Assembly (NCBI GenBank): GCA_035285545.1 | Contig: JAYKGY010000026.1 | Span: 1-64,000, forward strand | Direction of reading: 5' to 3' | Length of the DNA: 64,000 nucleotides | From: Snowella sp. | GTDB lineage: Bacteria > Cyanobacteriota > Cyanobacteriia > Cyanobacteriales > Microcystaceae | Shown: piece after piece, positions 31,656 to 42,454 of the stretch | Position numbering within the stretch: the stretch's first letter is position 1 | Layout: each line of letters begins with the position of its first letter | Position numbers and translations under genes: made by a program | Notes under the pieces: generated by a model | What the model was told of the DNA's origin: nothing | Database searches by the model: none | Seen by the model: the letters and a program-made list of their open reading frames with translations, nothing else

Positions 31656-33995
31656 CTACTGTTGTTTTAACACAAGTAATGTTATATCATCAAAAACTTT
31701 CTGAGTTTGGATATATTGCTTTAAGTTATCAATGATGGCTTGCCGAATTTCTTGGGCTGAGCGATCGCGGTTTTCGACGATCACCTGACACAATTGGGCT
31801 AAGCCGTATTGTTGATTTTCAGGATTCATCGCTTCGGTAATGCCATCGGTATAAAGCAGGGCCACATCGCCTGAATAAAGTTGAATTTGTTGTTCGGAAA
31901 CAAATTGCGTAATGTTAGACTCCAAACCGAGGGGAAACCCCAGTTCCAGGGTGTCGATTTGTTCCACTTCTCCGCTCTGACGGACGATAATTAATTCCTC
32001 ATGTTGCCCACTGAGACGAATTAAGCCAGCTTCGTACTCCAGCAAGAGCAAAGACATATTTTTATAAGACCCCATGCGGCGGGTGTTGGCGTAAATGGTT
32101 TGATTAACCGCATTCAGTAAGCGGGCGGGATCGGTTTCACCGTTAGCAATCAGGGTTCGCACGGCTGTTTGAGCCATAATCATGACGATGCTACTTTCTA
32201 GCCCGTGGCCTGTCACATCCCCGATACTAATGCGAACTTTGCCGTTTTCTTGCAAAATATCGTAGTAATCTCCCCCGACTTCCGCTGCTGGTTCCATAAA
32301 GCCTGCTATATCTAAACTTTCGACCGAATTTAATTCGTTGTCCGAGGGCATGAGCATTTGCTGAATATGGCGAGTTACGTCCAGTTCGGCACTCATTCGC
32401 AAATTTTCGTCCTGAAGTTGTTGGGTTAAGCGGTGGATTTCCAGTTCATCGGCTTTGCGTTGGGTAATATCGACGACTGTTCCTTCAAAACCGGTAATTT
32501 TCCCTTCTGGGCTATAAATAGCTCTGGCGGATTCTGTAATCCAAAGTTTACTACCATCTTTTCGATAAATTTCCGATTCAAAACCCCAGACTTTCCCGTC
32601 TTTCTCCATGAGCTTAATAAATTCTTGACGGCGATCGCGCTCGACATAGAGTTGATGCTCAATATCCTTCAATTCAGCCAGCATTTCCGAGGGGGACTCG
32701 TAACCGTATAGGCGGGCTAACATGGGATTGGCAATGAGATAATTTCCCTCAAGGGTGGTTTGATAAATTCCTTCAACAGCATTTTCAAAAATACTGCGAT
32801 ATTTGAATTCAGCCGTCCGTAGGGCATCGGCCACCGTATTAAAAGCCGTAATCACCTCTGTCATTTCATCCCGACTGTTGAGGGAAATATCTCCCTGTTG
32901 TTTGCCACTAATCATGCGCTCAGAAGCTGCCCGTAAACTGGCTACCATTTGCATGACACTGAGATAAAAACCGATAAAGAGATAGAGCGCGATCGCCAAG
33001 GTGAATAGTACGAAAGATCCTAAAAGCCATTGCCGCCAAACAAAACGCTGAATGCGCTGTTGAAGCAGAATCGCTAAGTGATCACTCGTTTTATCCCACA
33101 GGGAAAAACTGGCTTGTAACGTGTCTAAACTTTGCTGATTGATCAGCCCAACATCGGAATTTTGTAAAGAATTGGTTAATTGATCGAATTGCTGAGAGAG
33201 GGTGGCGCGGGGTGGGGTGAGACGAGAACGGAGGTTTCCGCTGGGATTGTTGTTAAATGCGATTGTCAGACTCTTGACTAACTCTTGATGGGTTTGGCTG
33301 AGACTCTCATTGAGAATGGTTAATTGGGTTTTCTCAAACTCGCTTAGGGGTTGTTTTTCAGACAAAAACTGGGTGATTTTCAAAATAGCCATTAAATCCC
33401 GTTGAATACTGGGAAGTTTTAAAACAACGACATCCATTAAGTAATAGCTGTCTAAATCGGGATCTAAAATAAGGTTGGATTGATCCCCAATTTGTTGCCA
33501 AAGATCTTGAATTTGTTGGTGAATTTGTGGAAAAAATAGCGGCGATCGCGCTACATTCTGCCAACAGGATTGGGCTTGGCACGAGGTAAACGTTTGACTC
33601 AGGCGAGCAAATTGATCGGGCGTTTTTAAAGCGTGCCTATAGTTTTGATCTATCGTTTGTAGCGATCGCCAGCTTTCCGCTAGTCGGGATGGATCACGCG
33701 CTGAGATTGAGGCAGAATTTAACGTCTGGGGAAATTGAACCGCTAAAATTTCCTGTTTAAAGTGGCGTAATGCTTGAAGGTACTCCAGTCCATCTATTTC
33801 GAGCTTTGCAAAATTAATTTGCCCTTGAATTTCCGATAGTAATAAATACAATGCTAAAGTTAGGGGCATTAAAAAAACACAACTAATCAACCCGAACTTT
33901 TGGGGATATCTCAGTTGATTAATCAAATGAATAACCGGCCGAAACCACTGATTCTGATAAGGTTGCGTTTTCATAACCCGTTGTTTACTGTTCAT
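31656..33995 (-). CDS. Membrane sensor SpoIIE/PP2C phosphatase (periplasmic domain-HAMP-PAS-SpoIIE)
   Basis: Two TM segments, HAMP (SRDEMTEVITAFN), PAS (YRSIFENAVEGIYQ), EVGGDYYD, IGDVTGHG, LYTDGITEA, DDITLLV. Confidence 0.92.
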   Translation of the reverse strand: MNSKQRVMKTQPYQNQWFRPVIHLINQLRYPQKFGLISCVFLMPLTLALYLLLSEIQGQINFAKLEIDGLEYLQALRHFKQEILAVQFPQTLNSASISARDPSRLAESWRSLQTIDQNYRHALKTPDQFARLSQTFTSCQAQSCWQNVARSPLFFPQIHQQIQDLWQQIGDQSNLILDPDLDSYYLMDVVVLKLPSIQRDLMAILKITQFLSEKQPLSEFEKTQLTILNESLSQTHQELVKSLTIAFNNNPSGNLRSRLTPPRATLSQQFDQLTNSLQNSDVGLINQQSLDTLQASFSLWDKTSDHLAILLQQRIQRFVWRQWLLGSFVLFTLAIALYLFIGFYLSVMQMVASLRAASERMISGKQQGDISLNSRDEMTEVITAFNTVADALRTAEFKYRSIFENAVEGIYQTTLEGNYLIANPMLARLYGYESPSEMLAELKDIEHQLYVERDRRQEFIKLMEKDGKVWGFESEIYRKDGSKLWITESARAIYSPEGKITGFEGTVVDITQRKADELEIHRLTQQLQDENLRMSAELDVTRHIQQMLMPSDNELNSVESLDIAGFMEPAAEVGGDYYDILQENGKVRISIGDVTGHGLESSIVMIMAQTAVRTLIANGETDPARLLNAVNQTIYANTRRMGSYKNMSLLLLEYEAGLIRLSGQHEELIIVRQSGEVEQIDTLELGFPLGLESNITQFVSEQQIQLYSGDVALLYTDGITEAMNPENQQYGLAQLCQVIVENRDRSAQEIRQAIIDNLKQYIQTQKVFDDITLLVLKQQ

Positions 33996-34258
33996 CCCTA
34001 TCCTAAAAAGCGGTATAAATTCACCTGTGATCTATAGCATGGTTGTTAGCATTGAATTTCAGACAATTTACCGCCGAGAAAACTGCAAGTTAGACTGTAA
34101 TCCTAAACAAATTTACCAGGTTATCTTGTCCGTATGAGTCAAGACCGCTTGTTAAAAAGACTTAAATTGGGCGATTAATTTTAATTTTTCAAAAAAATCT
34201 CCCTAAAGAAGGGAGCGTGAGAAACAATATGGAGTTGATTTGGGCTGTTCAACCAAGG

Positions 34259-35581
34259 TTAGACTGCGATAGGTTTGGGCATAGCCAGATTTGCTGTCCA
34301 TTGGCTAGAAAGTTTAGGATTCCAAGTATGTTCATGCATAATGGATCGCGCTAGAGTGTAACGATACAGATGCAATAATTGCAAACCCACTCCCTGCCAG
34401 GTAAAGTTTTGCTGGACATTCGCGATCGCTTGTCGTCTCAATTTTCTGGCCCAGACTTTATCGAGGAGGAAACGATCAAGGGCATTGGCAAAACCTTCCA
34501 CCGCTTTCGGAGTTACCAATAATCCCGTTTCTCCGTCAATTACCGTAAATCGTAAGCCGCCGACATCCGAGGCAACAACGGGAGTTCCACAGGCCATCGC
34601 CTCTAAAGCAACCAATCCAAAGGGTTCATAGTGACTCGGAACCCCACACACATCCGCTGCACTGTAATAGAACGGCAATTGTTCGTGATCCACTCGTCCC
34701 GCAAAAATGGTTTCTTTCGTTAAATCCAACGCTTCAACGAGATATTCAATGCGGCGTTTTTCTTGGCTATCTAAACGACCTTCTGCCCAACCGCCAACAA
34801 GCACCAATTTGAGGTTTTCTCGCCCTTGCGCTTTTAAACTAGCACAGGCCCTGACGAGGGTTTCAATTCCCTTACGCGGATCAAAGCGACCCACATACAC
34901 CACGACATTATCTTGAGCCGATAGGCCCAGTTTTTCCCGTGCTGTTGACTTCGCGATCGGCGTAAAATTACCCGTATCAGTTCCACAAGGAATCACTTCG
35001 ATATGACCCCGTTTAGAAATGCGTTTGCGTAAAATCTCTTTTTCCTGCGGACTGGTGGCAATCACACACTGGGCCTGTTCCAGAATTTCTCGTTCTACAG
35101 CTAAGCGTGTTTGGGCAATGAGGGGAACATCTTTCACGGCTTCATATTTAACGGCTCCTAAGGAATGGTAGGTATGAACGAGTTGCACTCCGGCTCGTTT
35201 TTTCCATTGCAGTCCAACCCAGGCCGATAACCAATAGTTCGTATGAATAAGGGGATAATAAAAGGCTTGTTTTGCTTGAAATTTTTCAAAAGATTCTACA
35301 AATTCGGGCATATGTTCAAACAGCCTATCCCGTGGAATAAATCTTTCTGGCCCTGCTTTCAGACGAATGGTACGACAATGGGGTGAGTGTTCCACAATGG
35401 TAGGATCATCGGGGTTGACTTTGCGGGTAAACATATCCACGTGCCATCCCAATTTTGCTAACTGTTCTCCAATTTGGCGGACATAAACGTTTTGTCCCCC
35501 CGCTTCTTCTGTTCCAATGACTGCTGTGGGATCGGCATGATCTGAAATTATCGCGATCGCCTGTCTACTAAAATTTTTCAT
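34259..35581 (-). CDS. GT4 glycosyltransferase, sucrose-phosphate-synthase-like (GT domain only)
   Basis: ISDHADP..EAGGQNVYV, HTNYWLS, HTYHSLG, VGRFDPRKG, PSHYEPFGLVALEAMACG. Confidence 0.85.
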   Translation of the reverse strand: MKNFSRQAIAIISDHADPTAVIGTEEAGGQNVYVRQIGEQLAKLGWHVDMFTRKVNPDDPTIVEHSPHCRTIRLKAGPERFIPRDRLFEHMPEFVESFEKFQAKQAFYYPLIHTNYWLSAWVGLQWKKRAGVQLVHTYHSLGAVKYEAVKDVPLIAQTRLAVEREILEQAQCVIATSPQEKEILRKRISKRGHIEVIPCGTDTGNFTPIAKSTAREKLGLSAQDNVVVYVGRFDPRKGIETLVRACASLKAQGRENLKLVLVGGWAEGRLDSQEKRRIEYLVEALDLTKETIFAGRVDHEQLPFYYSAADVCGVPSHYEPFGLVALEAMACGTPVVASDVGGLRFTVIDGETGLLVTPKAVEGFANALDRFLLDKVWARKLRRQAIANVQQNFTWQGVGLQLLHLYRYTLARSIMHEHTWNPKLSSQWTANLAMPKPIAV

Positions 35582-35639
35582 AATGTACCTACTGCTACAG
35601 CCTAGATGGCAATTGACACAACCTACTGAACTATTCACC

Positions 35640-36710
35640 TCACCTAATTGCTACTGCATGGGAGCGACCATTTTGAGCATATTTTTCAGCCAAAATTTGT
35701 TTGTACACTTCCTCATAACGAATAGCCATACACTCATCACTAAAATTGTCAATGACATGTCGATGGCAATCATAGCGGCTAAGGGTAGAAATCTTGTCAA
35801 GCGCGGCAATGCACTCATCCACCGTATTGCAGATATAGCCTGTCTTACCATGGTGAATAACTTCGGGAACCGAACCTAAATTCATGGCAATGACCGGAGT
35901 TCCCACCACCATTGATTCAATCATCACCAACCCAAAGGGTTCGCGCCAGGTAATGGGAAATAGCGTGGCAACGGCTCCGCCCATCAAAACACTTTTTTGT
36001 TCATGGTTCGCTTCCCCTAAATATTCAATTCGTTGACCATCGCAGTAGGGTTTAACCTGAGTGTCAAAAAATTCTTGATCAATCGGATCAACTTTTCCCG
36101 CCATTTTTAACTTCCAGCCCGTTCGCTTCGCAATTTCAATCGCTAAATGGGGGCCTTTTTCAGGAGACATTCTCCCCAGAAACGCTAAATAGGGAGGATT
36201 ATCGGGTTCGGGATGAAACGTATAGCGGTTAGGATTGATACCGTTATAGACCGTTGATACATAGTTAAGGTTTAGCTTCGGCTCCCGTTGAGCATGGGAA
36301 ATACTGACAAAGGGTTGCTTGTAGCTATATTGGAAGAGCTTTTCATTATCAGGGGTAAAAACACCGTGCAGGGTATGAACTGTCGGCGTTTTTACCAATT
36401 GAGCATAGGGAAGAGCTGCACACCCAACATGGGAATGAATAACATCAAATTCCCTTGCCCTTTCGTAAACAGCCGCTAGATTGAGCATTTCATAAATTTG
36501 ATATTCTTTAATGTTCGGATCTAATCGCAACGCTTGAGGATGCACCGAAACCAACTCTGCACGGGTAATAGAGTCTCCAGAGGCAAACAAAGTAACTTCG
36601 TGACCTCTCTTAACTAGCTCATCCGTTAATAAACCGACAACCAGTTCAATTCCGCCATAGGCTGGCGGGGGAACTCTTTCCCAAAGAGGAGCAATTTGAG
36701 CAATTTTCAT
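35640..36710 (-). CDS. GT4 glycosyltransferase
   Basis: MKIAQIAPLWERVPPPAYGGIE, LGRMSPEKG, WREPFGLVMIESM. Confidence 0.92.
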   Translation of the reverse strand: MKIAQIAPLWERVPPPAYGGIELVVGLLTDELVKRGHEVTLFASGDSITRAELVSVHPQALRLDPNIKEYQIYEMLNLAAVYERAREFDVIHSHVGCAALPYAQLVKTPTVHTLHGVFTPDNEKLFQYSYKQPFVSISHAQREPKLNLNYVSTVYNGINPNRYTFHPEPDNPPYLAFLGRMSPEKGPHLAIEIAKRTGWKLKMAGKVDPIDQEFFDTQVKPYCDGQRIEYLGEANHEQKSVLMGGAVATLFPITWREPFGLVMIESMVVGTPVIAMNLGSVPEVIHHGKTGYICNTVDECIAALDKISTLSRYDCHRHVIDNFSDECMAIRYEEVYKQILAEKYAQNGRSHAVAIR

Positions 36711-37554
36711 CAATTTACCTCTTATTTTTAGTCTTTAATTGAGTTAAATGTTCCACTGAATTAAGTAAATCTTCAATTATGGAACCCACCACGCTTGATC
36801 AACAATAGATTTTGTTAAAGTAATTAGTGAAGAATAATTTATTAAAAGATTAATTACTTAACCGAATCATGGCATGGGAATGTTTGAATAGGGGTTTTCG
36901 TGAATGTTGAATATGCTTGAAATCTATAATTTATGTTGAAAAGAACCGAATATTTTATGGATCTAATGCCAAAGACGTATCCTTAAACCCTCAACAAAAC
37001 AGGATATTTGCTTCTTTCGTGTATTATCAAACTATTCAATCTTGAACACCAAGACCAGCCATTAAAGAATGGAATAACTGTGTAGATATTTTCCATATAA
37101 CCTCCATTTTTATTTCAATCTGGGGTTCATTTGTAACTATTTTTTATAATATTTTCACATAACGAAACAAGTAGTGATAACCGAACAAGGGGTAGATTTG
37201 GTGTCGGAAAATACAAAATCACTCCCATTCTTAGGATGATTGATCGTTCAAAGTCTCAAAGGTTTCATTTGCCTTTTTTCTAATGATGAATACATTAATC
37301 CATTAACAATAAACTTACCCCTATTATTCTTCTTACTTTATTAATAAAACTTGATAGTTTCCAAACAAAACAATAGCTAATCCACTGAATAATCTTGCTT
37401 TATTCAGCTAGTAAAAAAGAGTGTTTCTGTCCTTGTCAGTAAATCTTGAAAACGCCCAAACTATTCAATAAGCGTTTATTGTTAAAATATTTTATTTTTT
37501 AATAGATAAAACCAAGAAAACTCTTTCTATCAAGGTTTTTTTGAAGATAAATGG

Positions 37555-37899
37555 TTAAAATTGAACTTTGCGATATAACCAGTTTGCTAACAAGTCAGAG
37601 CAGTTTTTCTTGAACCAACGCCACATTAATTTTTTAGCAATCGGCTTAGGTAATCCAGAGATTGATTTTAACAATCGATTGAGGGGAAGAAATTTAACTT
37701 TTTTGTTGATAATGTTAATCACCCCAATATCGTACAAAGAATCCAGAATTAAACGGACGGTTGTTTCTTCTCGCTCAAACATTGCTTGAAGTAAAACTTT
37801 GACATCATGGATTCGCTCTTGTTTTAAGCGTTCTTCGGCAGCAACTCTGGGAGGAACGGGTCGAATGGTAATCGCTTGGCTTTTGGGGGTCGTTAGCAT
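37555..37899 (-). CDS. Cyanobacterial hypothetical protein
   Basis: Clean 114-aa ATG ORF after GGAGG-free spacer; ends WLYRKVQF; no function recognised. Confidence 0.7.
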   Translation of the reverse strand: MLTTPKSQAITIRPVPPRVAAEERLKQERIHDVKVLLQAMFEREETTVRLILDSLYDIGVINIINKKVKFLPLNRLLKSISGLPKPIAKKLMWRWFKKNCSDLLANWLYRKVQF

Positions 37900-37987
37900 A
37901 ATGGAGGAAGATAGGTCTATCTAGAAGCGTTATAGTCTCATTTGTAAACGAAGTTGGGGCAATCCAGAAATAGGATTACTGCAAGCC

Positions 37988-38737
37988 TTAAACTTTACCA
38001 AAACGTCGCTCCCGCTGTTGGTAATCTAATAACGCTTTATGTAATTCGTTTTGATCAAAGTCTGGCCAAAGGGTGGGCGTAACGTAGATTTCGGCATAGG
38101 CCATTTGCCAGAGTAAAAAGTTACTGATCCGCATTTCGCCACTGGTACGAATTAATAAATCGGGATGGGGTAAACCTGCGGTATAAAGATGGTGTTCTAA
38201 CTGGGCTTCGTCAATCTCTTCGGGTTTGATTAATCCGGCTTGTACCTTTGCCGCGATCGCCTGACAGGCTTGAAGAATTTCCTGCCGACCGCCATAATTA
38301 GTTGCGACAGTAAACTGAATTCCTGTATTTTTTTCGGTATCCTGCATGGAACGATCAATTTCTTCTTGAAGAGAAACCGGAAGCGAAGCTAAATTTCCGA
38401 CAAAGCGAATACGAACATTTTCCGCCATCATTTCTTCTAATTCTTTCCGCAAAACCCGTTCAAAAAGCGTCATCAAAAATTCTACTTCATCCAACGGTCG
38501 TCCCCAATTCTCCGTTGAAAACGCATAGGCGGTTAGGGCAGGAATCCCCCAATCATCACAGCACCGTAATAGACTTTTCAATGTATCAACTCCCCGTTGA
38601 TGACCCATAATGCGGGGTAGACCGCGACGTTTGGCCCAACGCCCATTTCCATCCATAATTACGGCAATATGTTGCGGCAGACGAGATTGAATAAGGTCAG
38701 AGGGAAGTTTTGGGATAGCAATGGGTTTAGCAGTCAT
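37988..38737 (-). CDS. uppS: Isoprenyl transferase (undecaprenyl diphosphate synthase)
   Basis: [51 protein letters not shown]. Confidence 0.97.
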   Translation of the reverse strand: MTAKPIAIPKLPSDLIQSRLPQHIAVIMDGNGRWAKRRGLPRIMGHQRGVDTLKSLLRCCDDWGIPALTAYAFSTENWGRPLDEVEFLMTLFERVLRKELEEMMAENVRIRFVGNLASLPVSLQEEIDRSMQDTEKNTGIQFTVATNYGGRQEILQACQAIAAKVQAGLIKPEEIDEAQLEHHLYTAGLPHPDLLIRTSGEMRISNFLLWQMAYAEIYVTPTLWPDFDQNELHKALLDYQQRERRFGKV

Positions 38738-39645
38738 TTCTTGTCGTCTTTCGCCGTCGATGAGGGAATGAGAAATAAACGTTGGAAAAACAATTTACCT
38801 TGTGAGCCAATTGTACGTCCTAATCGTCCTAAACCAGGCGCAACGGATTCTCGCTCGACTAAAGGCGTGTATTTTGCTTCTAACAACTCTTTTAGTTTAC
38901 TGCTAGTGAGGGGACGATTGAGATTTCCGCCATCCGCTAAGGTAATGGAGCCTGTTTCTTCCGAAACGACGATACAAAGACAATTTTCACAGCGTTCTGT
39001 AATTCCCATTGCGGCTCGATGTCGAGTTCCTAATTGACGGGATGCGGTTCGTTCTGACAACGGCAAAATCACGCCGGCGGCGACAATGCGAGATCCCCGA
39101 ATGAAAACAGCTCCGTCATGTAAAAGGGTTTTTGGCTGAAAAATGGTTTGTAACAACTCCCTGGAGACTTCTCCATTTAACGGTACGCCCTTATTGACAA
39201 ATAATCTAACATCTAAGGTGCCAAAGGTTTCAATGACAATTAGCGCACCAATACGGTTTTGAGAGAGTTCTTTAATGGCATCGACGATTTCATCAATGAC
39301 GTTATCGGCTTTGGGCGCAGAGCGTTGGGGATTAAACAGTTGCAAAATTTGTCCCCTCCCCAACAGTTCTAAAAAACGCCGAAATTCTCCATGAAAAACA
39401 ACTGCCATCGCTACTGCTGCCCCTAAGACCAATTTTTCTAAAACAAATTTCAGTAGGTCTAAATGGAGGCGATCGCTGATCACTTGCAGAACCATGAGGA
39501 CAATAAATCCCCGCATCATCCAGAGGGTACGACGCTCACCGATAATCAGGAGCATCAAATACAGCAATCCTAGCACTAGACCAATATCGAGCGCGTTGTG
39601 GAGTAGTGCGTACAGAGTGCGATGGTCAGGGGGAAAACCCGACAT
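38734..39645 (-). CDS. cdaA: Diadenylate cyclase CdaA
   Basis: Three TM helices, [23 protein letters not shown]; lysA-cdaA-uppS order. Confidence 0.93.
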   Translation of the reverse strand: MSGFPPDHRTLYALLHNALDIGLVLGLLYLMLLIIGERRTLWMMRGFIVLMVLQVISDRLHLDLLKFVLEKLVLGAAVAMAVVFHGEFRRFLELLGRGQILQLFNPQRSAPKADNVIDEIVDAIKELSQNRIGALIVIETFGTLDVRLFVNKGVPLNGEVSRELLQTIFQPKTLLHDGAVFIRGSRIVAAGVILPLSERTASRQLGTRHRAAMGITERCENCLCIVVSEETGSITLADGGNLNRPLTSSKLKELLEAKYTPLVERESVAPGLGRLGRTIGSQGKLFFQRLFLIPSSTAKDDKK

Positions 39646-39702
39646 GGGAAAAACAGTGTGTGAGTAGGCGGCAATTGTTAACAAATCATAACCGAAACGT
39701 TT

Positions 39703-41118
39703 TTATTTGAGCAGTCGGGTCGGTAGGCAATCTTGACGGGTTAAGTCCGCATAGGTTTCCCGTTGCAGAATCAAGTTTGCTTCGCCTTCCTGGACAACCA
39801 CCGCAGCCGGACGGGGTAAGCGATTGTAATTGGAAGCCATACTATAGTTATAAGCCCCCGTATCCATGACCACTAAAATATCGCCTGGCTGGGTTTCAGG
39901 TAGCTGAGTTTCTTTAATTAAGATATCGCCTGATTCGCAATGTTTACCCGCAATGGTGACAGTTTCCTGATAGGAATCCGCCACACGGTTAGCTAATAAC
40001 ACCCGATATTGGGATTGATAAGTAATCGGACGGGGATTATCAGACATTCCTCCATCAACCGCAATATAGATACGAATTTCAGGAATTACCTTCCGACTTC
40101 CCACTGTATAGGCTGTCACACACGCAGTTCCCACCAGCGATCGCCCTGGTTCTGCAATTAATTTCGGTAAAGCAATTTGACGTTCTTCACAGGCTTTGAC
40201 AACGGATTGAGCCGCCGCTTTCACCCACTCTTCAATACTCGGTGGATCATCACTTTCGGTATAACGAATTCCTAAACCACCCCCAATATTTAATTCACTA
40301 AGCGGTAAGCCGTAGGAAAGACCTTTTTGGAACCACTCGACTAAAACGCCGCCTAAATCCTGATGGGGTTGACGTTCAAAAATTTGAGAACCGATATGGG
40401 CGTGTAAACCAATACAATTAAGGCTCGATTGCTGACTAACGTAGGTAAAAACTGCCTCAATTTGATGGGGATCAAAGCCAAACTTACTATCTAAATGTCC
40501 CGTGCGAATATATTCATGGGTATGGCATTCAATCCCTGGGGTAAGTCGCAACATGATCCGAATTGATTTTGCAGGTAAGTTAGCCCCTAGTTTGACTAAG
40601 GTTTCTAACTCTAACCAGTTATCTACAATGATGGTGCAACCTGTTTCAATGGCATAGGTTAATTCATCAACAGATTTATTATTGCCATGAAAATAAAGTT
40701 TGGCCGCCGCTTCTTCGGTTGTCCAACCCAGTTGGGATAAAGCCTTTAGGGTCGTAAACAATTCTCCACCAGAAACCACATCAAACCCTAATCCTTCGCT
40801 AGCGACGATCGCGCAAACCCCTAAGCAACTCCAGGCTTTAGAGGCATAAATCACTTGAGATTGACCAGGGTAATAGGTTTGAAACGAATCTCGATACTGA
40901 CGGCAAGCCGTTCTTAGGGTTTCCTCATCCAAAATATAAAGGGGGGAACCAAACTGTTTTACTAAAGTCGGTACATCACAACCGCCAATTTCTAAGTGAT
41001 GGTTGTCATTAATCTTAGCGGTTAGGGGCAATAAATTTTGGTTGGGAGACGGGGAGGGAGACGTGGCGAAATAGTTCCTCCCAGACAATTGCGGTCGAGA
41101 TTCGGTCGATAGCATCAT
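39703..41118 (-). CDS. lysA: Diaminopimelate decarboxylase
   Basis: YASKA, SGGEL, SKFG, HAHIGSQ, NIGGG, EPGR, GKHCESGD, GAYNYSMASNYN. Confidence 0.97.
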   Translation of the reverse strand: MMLSTESRPQLSGRNYFATSPSPSPNQNLLPLTAKINDNHHLEIGGCDVPTLVKQFGSPLYILDEETLRTACRQYRDSFQTYYPGQSQVIYASKAWSCLGVCAIVASEGLGFDVVSGGELFTTLKALSQLGWTTEEAAAKLYFHGNNKSVDELTYAIETGCTIIVDNWLELETLVKLGANLPAKSIRIMLRLTPGIECHTHEYIRTGHLDSKFGFDPHQIEAVFTYVSQQSSLNCIGLHAHIGSQIFERQPHQDLGGVLVEWFQKGLSYGLPLSELNIGGGLGIRYTESDDPPSIEEWVKAAAQSVVKACEERQIALPKLIAEPGRSLVGTACVTAYTVGSRKVIPEIRIYIAVDGGMSDNPRPITYQSQYRVLLANRVADSYQETVTIAGKHCESGDILIKETQLPETQPGDILVVMDTGAYNYSMASNYNRLPRPAAVVVQEGEANLILQRETYADLTRQDCLPTRLLK

Positions 41119-41467
41119 GGATTGTAGTCAGATTACGACGATTATAAAATCTTACACATAGTTATTTATCAGTGTATCAAGTCGTGGAATGGTTTTGATG
41201 TTTTACAGTCTGTAATCCTTCGATGGTTTTGATAGGGGGATTCAGCGATCGCGTTTTGATTGAATTGTTGACCGCTATGATGAAATTTAAAATAATAGCT
41301 AATTATGCCCATAGGTAACCGTAAACGAGATTTTCGGCAAGTTGCCCAAAATTCCCCCAAAAGCCCTTAATCTTGGTTGAGAAATGAAAAAAATTTGGGG
41401 TATCCTACGGCAAAGAATGATCGCAGTCCTGAACCGTTGGTAACTATCGATCTACGCTTGGGCAAAA

Positions 41468-42163
41468 CTAATTCGTTAAACCATGCTTAAGGGAAAATCG
41501 GACTAATTCGGTGCGGCTATTGGTTCCTGTTTTACTAAACAACCGACTAACGTACTTTTCCACATTTCTGACACTCGTATCGAGCCGACTGGCGATCTCT
41601 TTATTCATCAAGCCCTGAGCCACTAAATCTAAAACACTTTGTTCTCTAGGGGTTAATTCGATTTTGAGCGGGGCAGGCGTAGTTGAGACCGTGGGAACTT
41701 GACCAATTTGTTCTTTAAGTTCTTTAATTTCTTGGAAAATTTCTTGTAATTTAGCAGATTCACTGCCTGTTTCTAGGGCAGTTTGCCGACGTTCCAAGAG
41801 ATTTTTAACAATCGCTTCTAATTCCTCTGGATCAAAGGGCTTGGGTAAATAGGCATCACAGCCTGATTGATAGCCTTGGATGCGATCGCTGGTCATCCCT
41901 CTGGCAGTTAAAAAGACCACAGGCAAAGACTTACAGCGGGGATCTTCCCGTAATTTTTCTAAAAACTGATAACCATCCACCTGGGGCATCATAATATCAG
42001 AAATGACGAGATCGGGTAAATGATGTTGTAGATACTCCAGGGCTTCCATCGCATTACTCGCGACAGTTACTTGAAATTCTCCACTATCCTCTAAATAGGC
42101 TTGCACCGACTCCCGTACACCAGGTTCATCATCCACAAGGAGTAATTTGGCAGGCTCAGTCAT
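41468..42163 (-). CDS. ycf29: NarL/LuxR response regulator, Ycf29/Rre1/OrrA-like
   Basis: Receiver (LLVDDE..SDIMMP..FLTARG..YLPKPF) plus LTPREQSVL..GLMNKEIA..RNVEKYVSRLFSKTGTNSRTELVR. Confidence 0.8.
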   Translation of the reverse strand: MTEPAKLLLVDDEPGVRESVQAYLEDSGEFQVTVASNAMEALEYLQHHLPDLVISDIMMPQVDGYQFLEKLREDPRCKSLPVVFLTARGMTSDRIQGYQSGCDAYLPKPFDPEELEAIVKNLLERRQTALETGSESAKLQEIFQEIKELKEQIGQVPTVSTTPAPLKIELTPREQSVLDLVAQGLMNKEIASRLDTSVRNVEKYVSRLFSKTGTNSRTELVRFSLKHGLTN

Positions 42164-42454
42164 TGATATTTCCCCAGTTTCAAGGTCTAATCGTTCATAA
42201 ATCTATCATGGCATTCTTTCGACAATTTCATTGCTGATAAATAGATGCTTTAACATTCTTACTTATTTGTGCTTAGTTCATTACCCACCGTTATCCAAAA
42301 TCAAAACAAAAACAGGAAGTTCAGCCCCAACAGCGATCGCTCTATGTGCGAGACCTAAGCGCGTCAATGCTGTCAAAAAAAGTAAGGACATAATAATATT
42401 GATTATGCCCCTACAACAATTAGCTTTTTAATAACGCAATCAGATTAAGTGACT

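Noticed and set aside
37988..41118. c-di-AMP cyclase near the c-di-GMP module as one system
   Set aside because: lysA-cdaA-uppS is a conserved housekeeping operon; the proximity is probably incidental.
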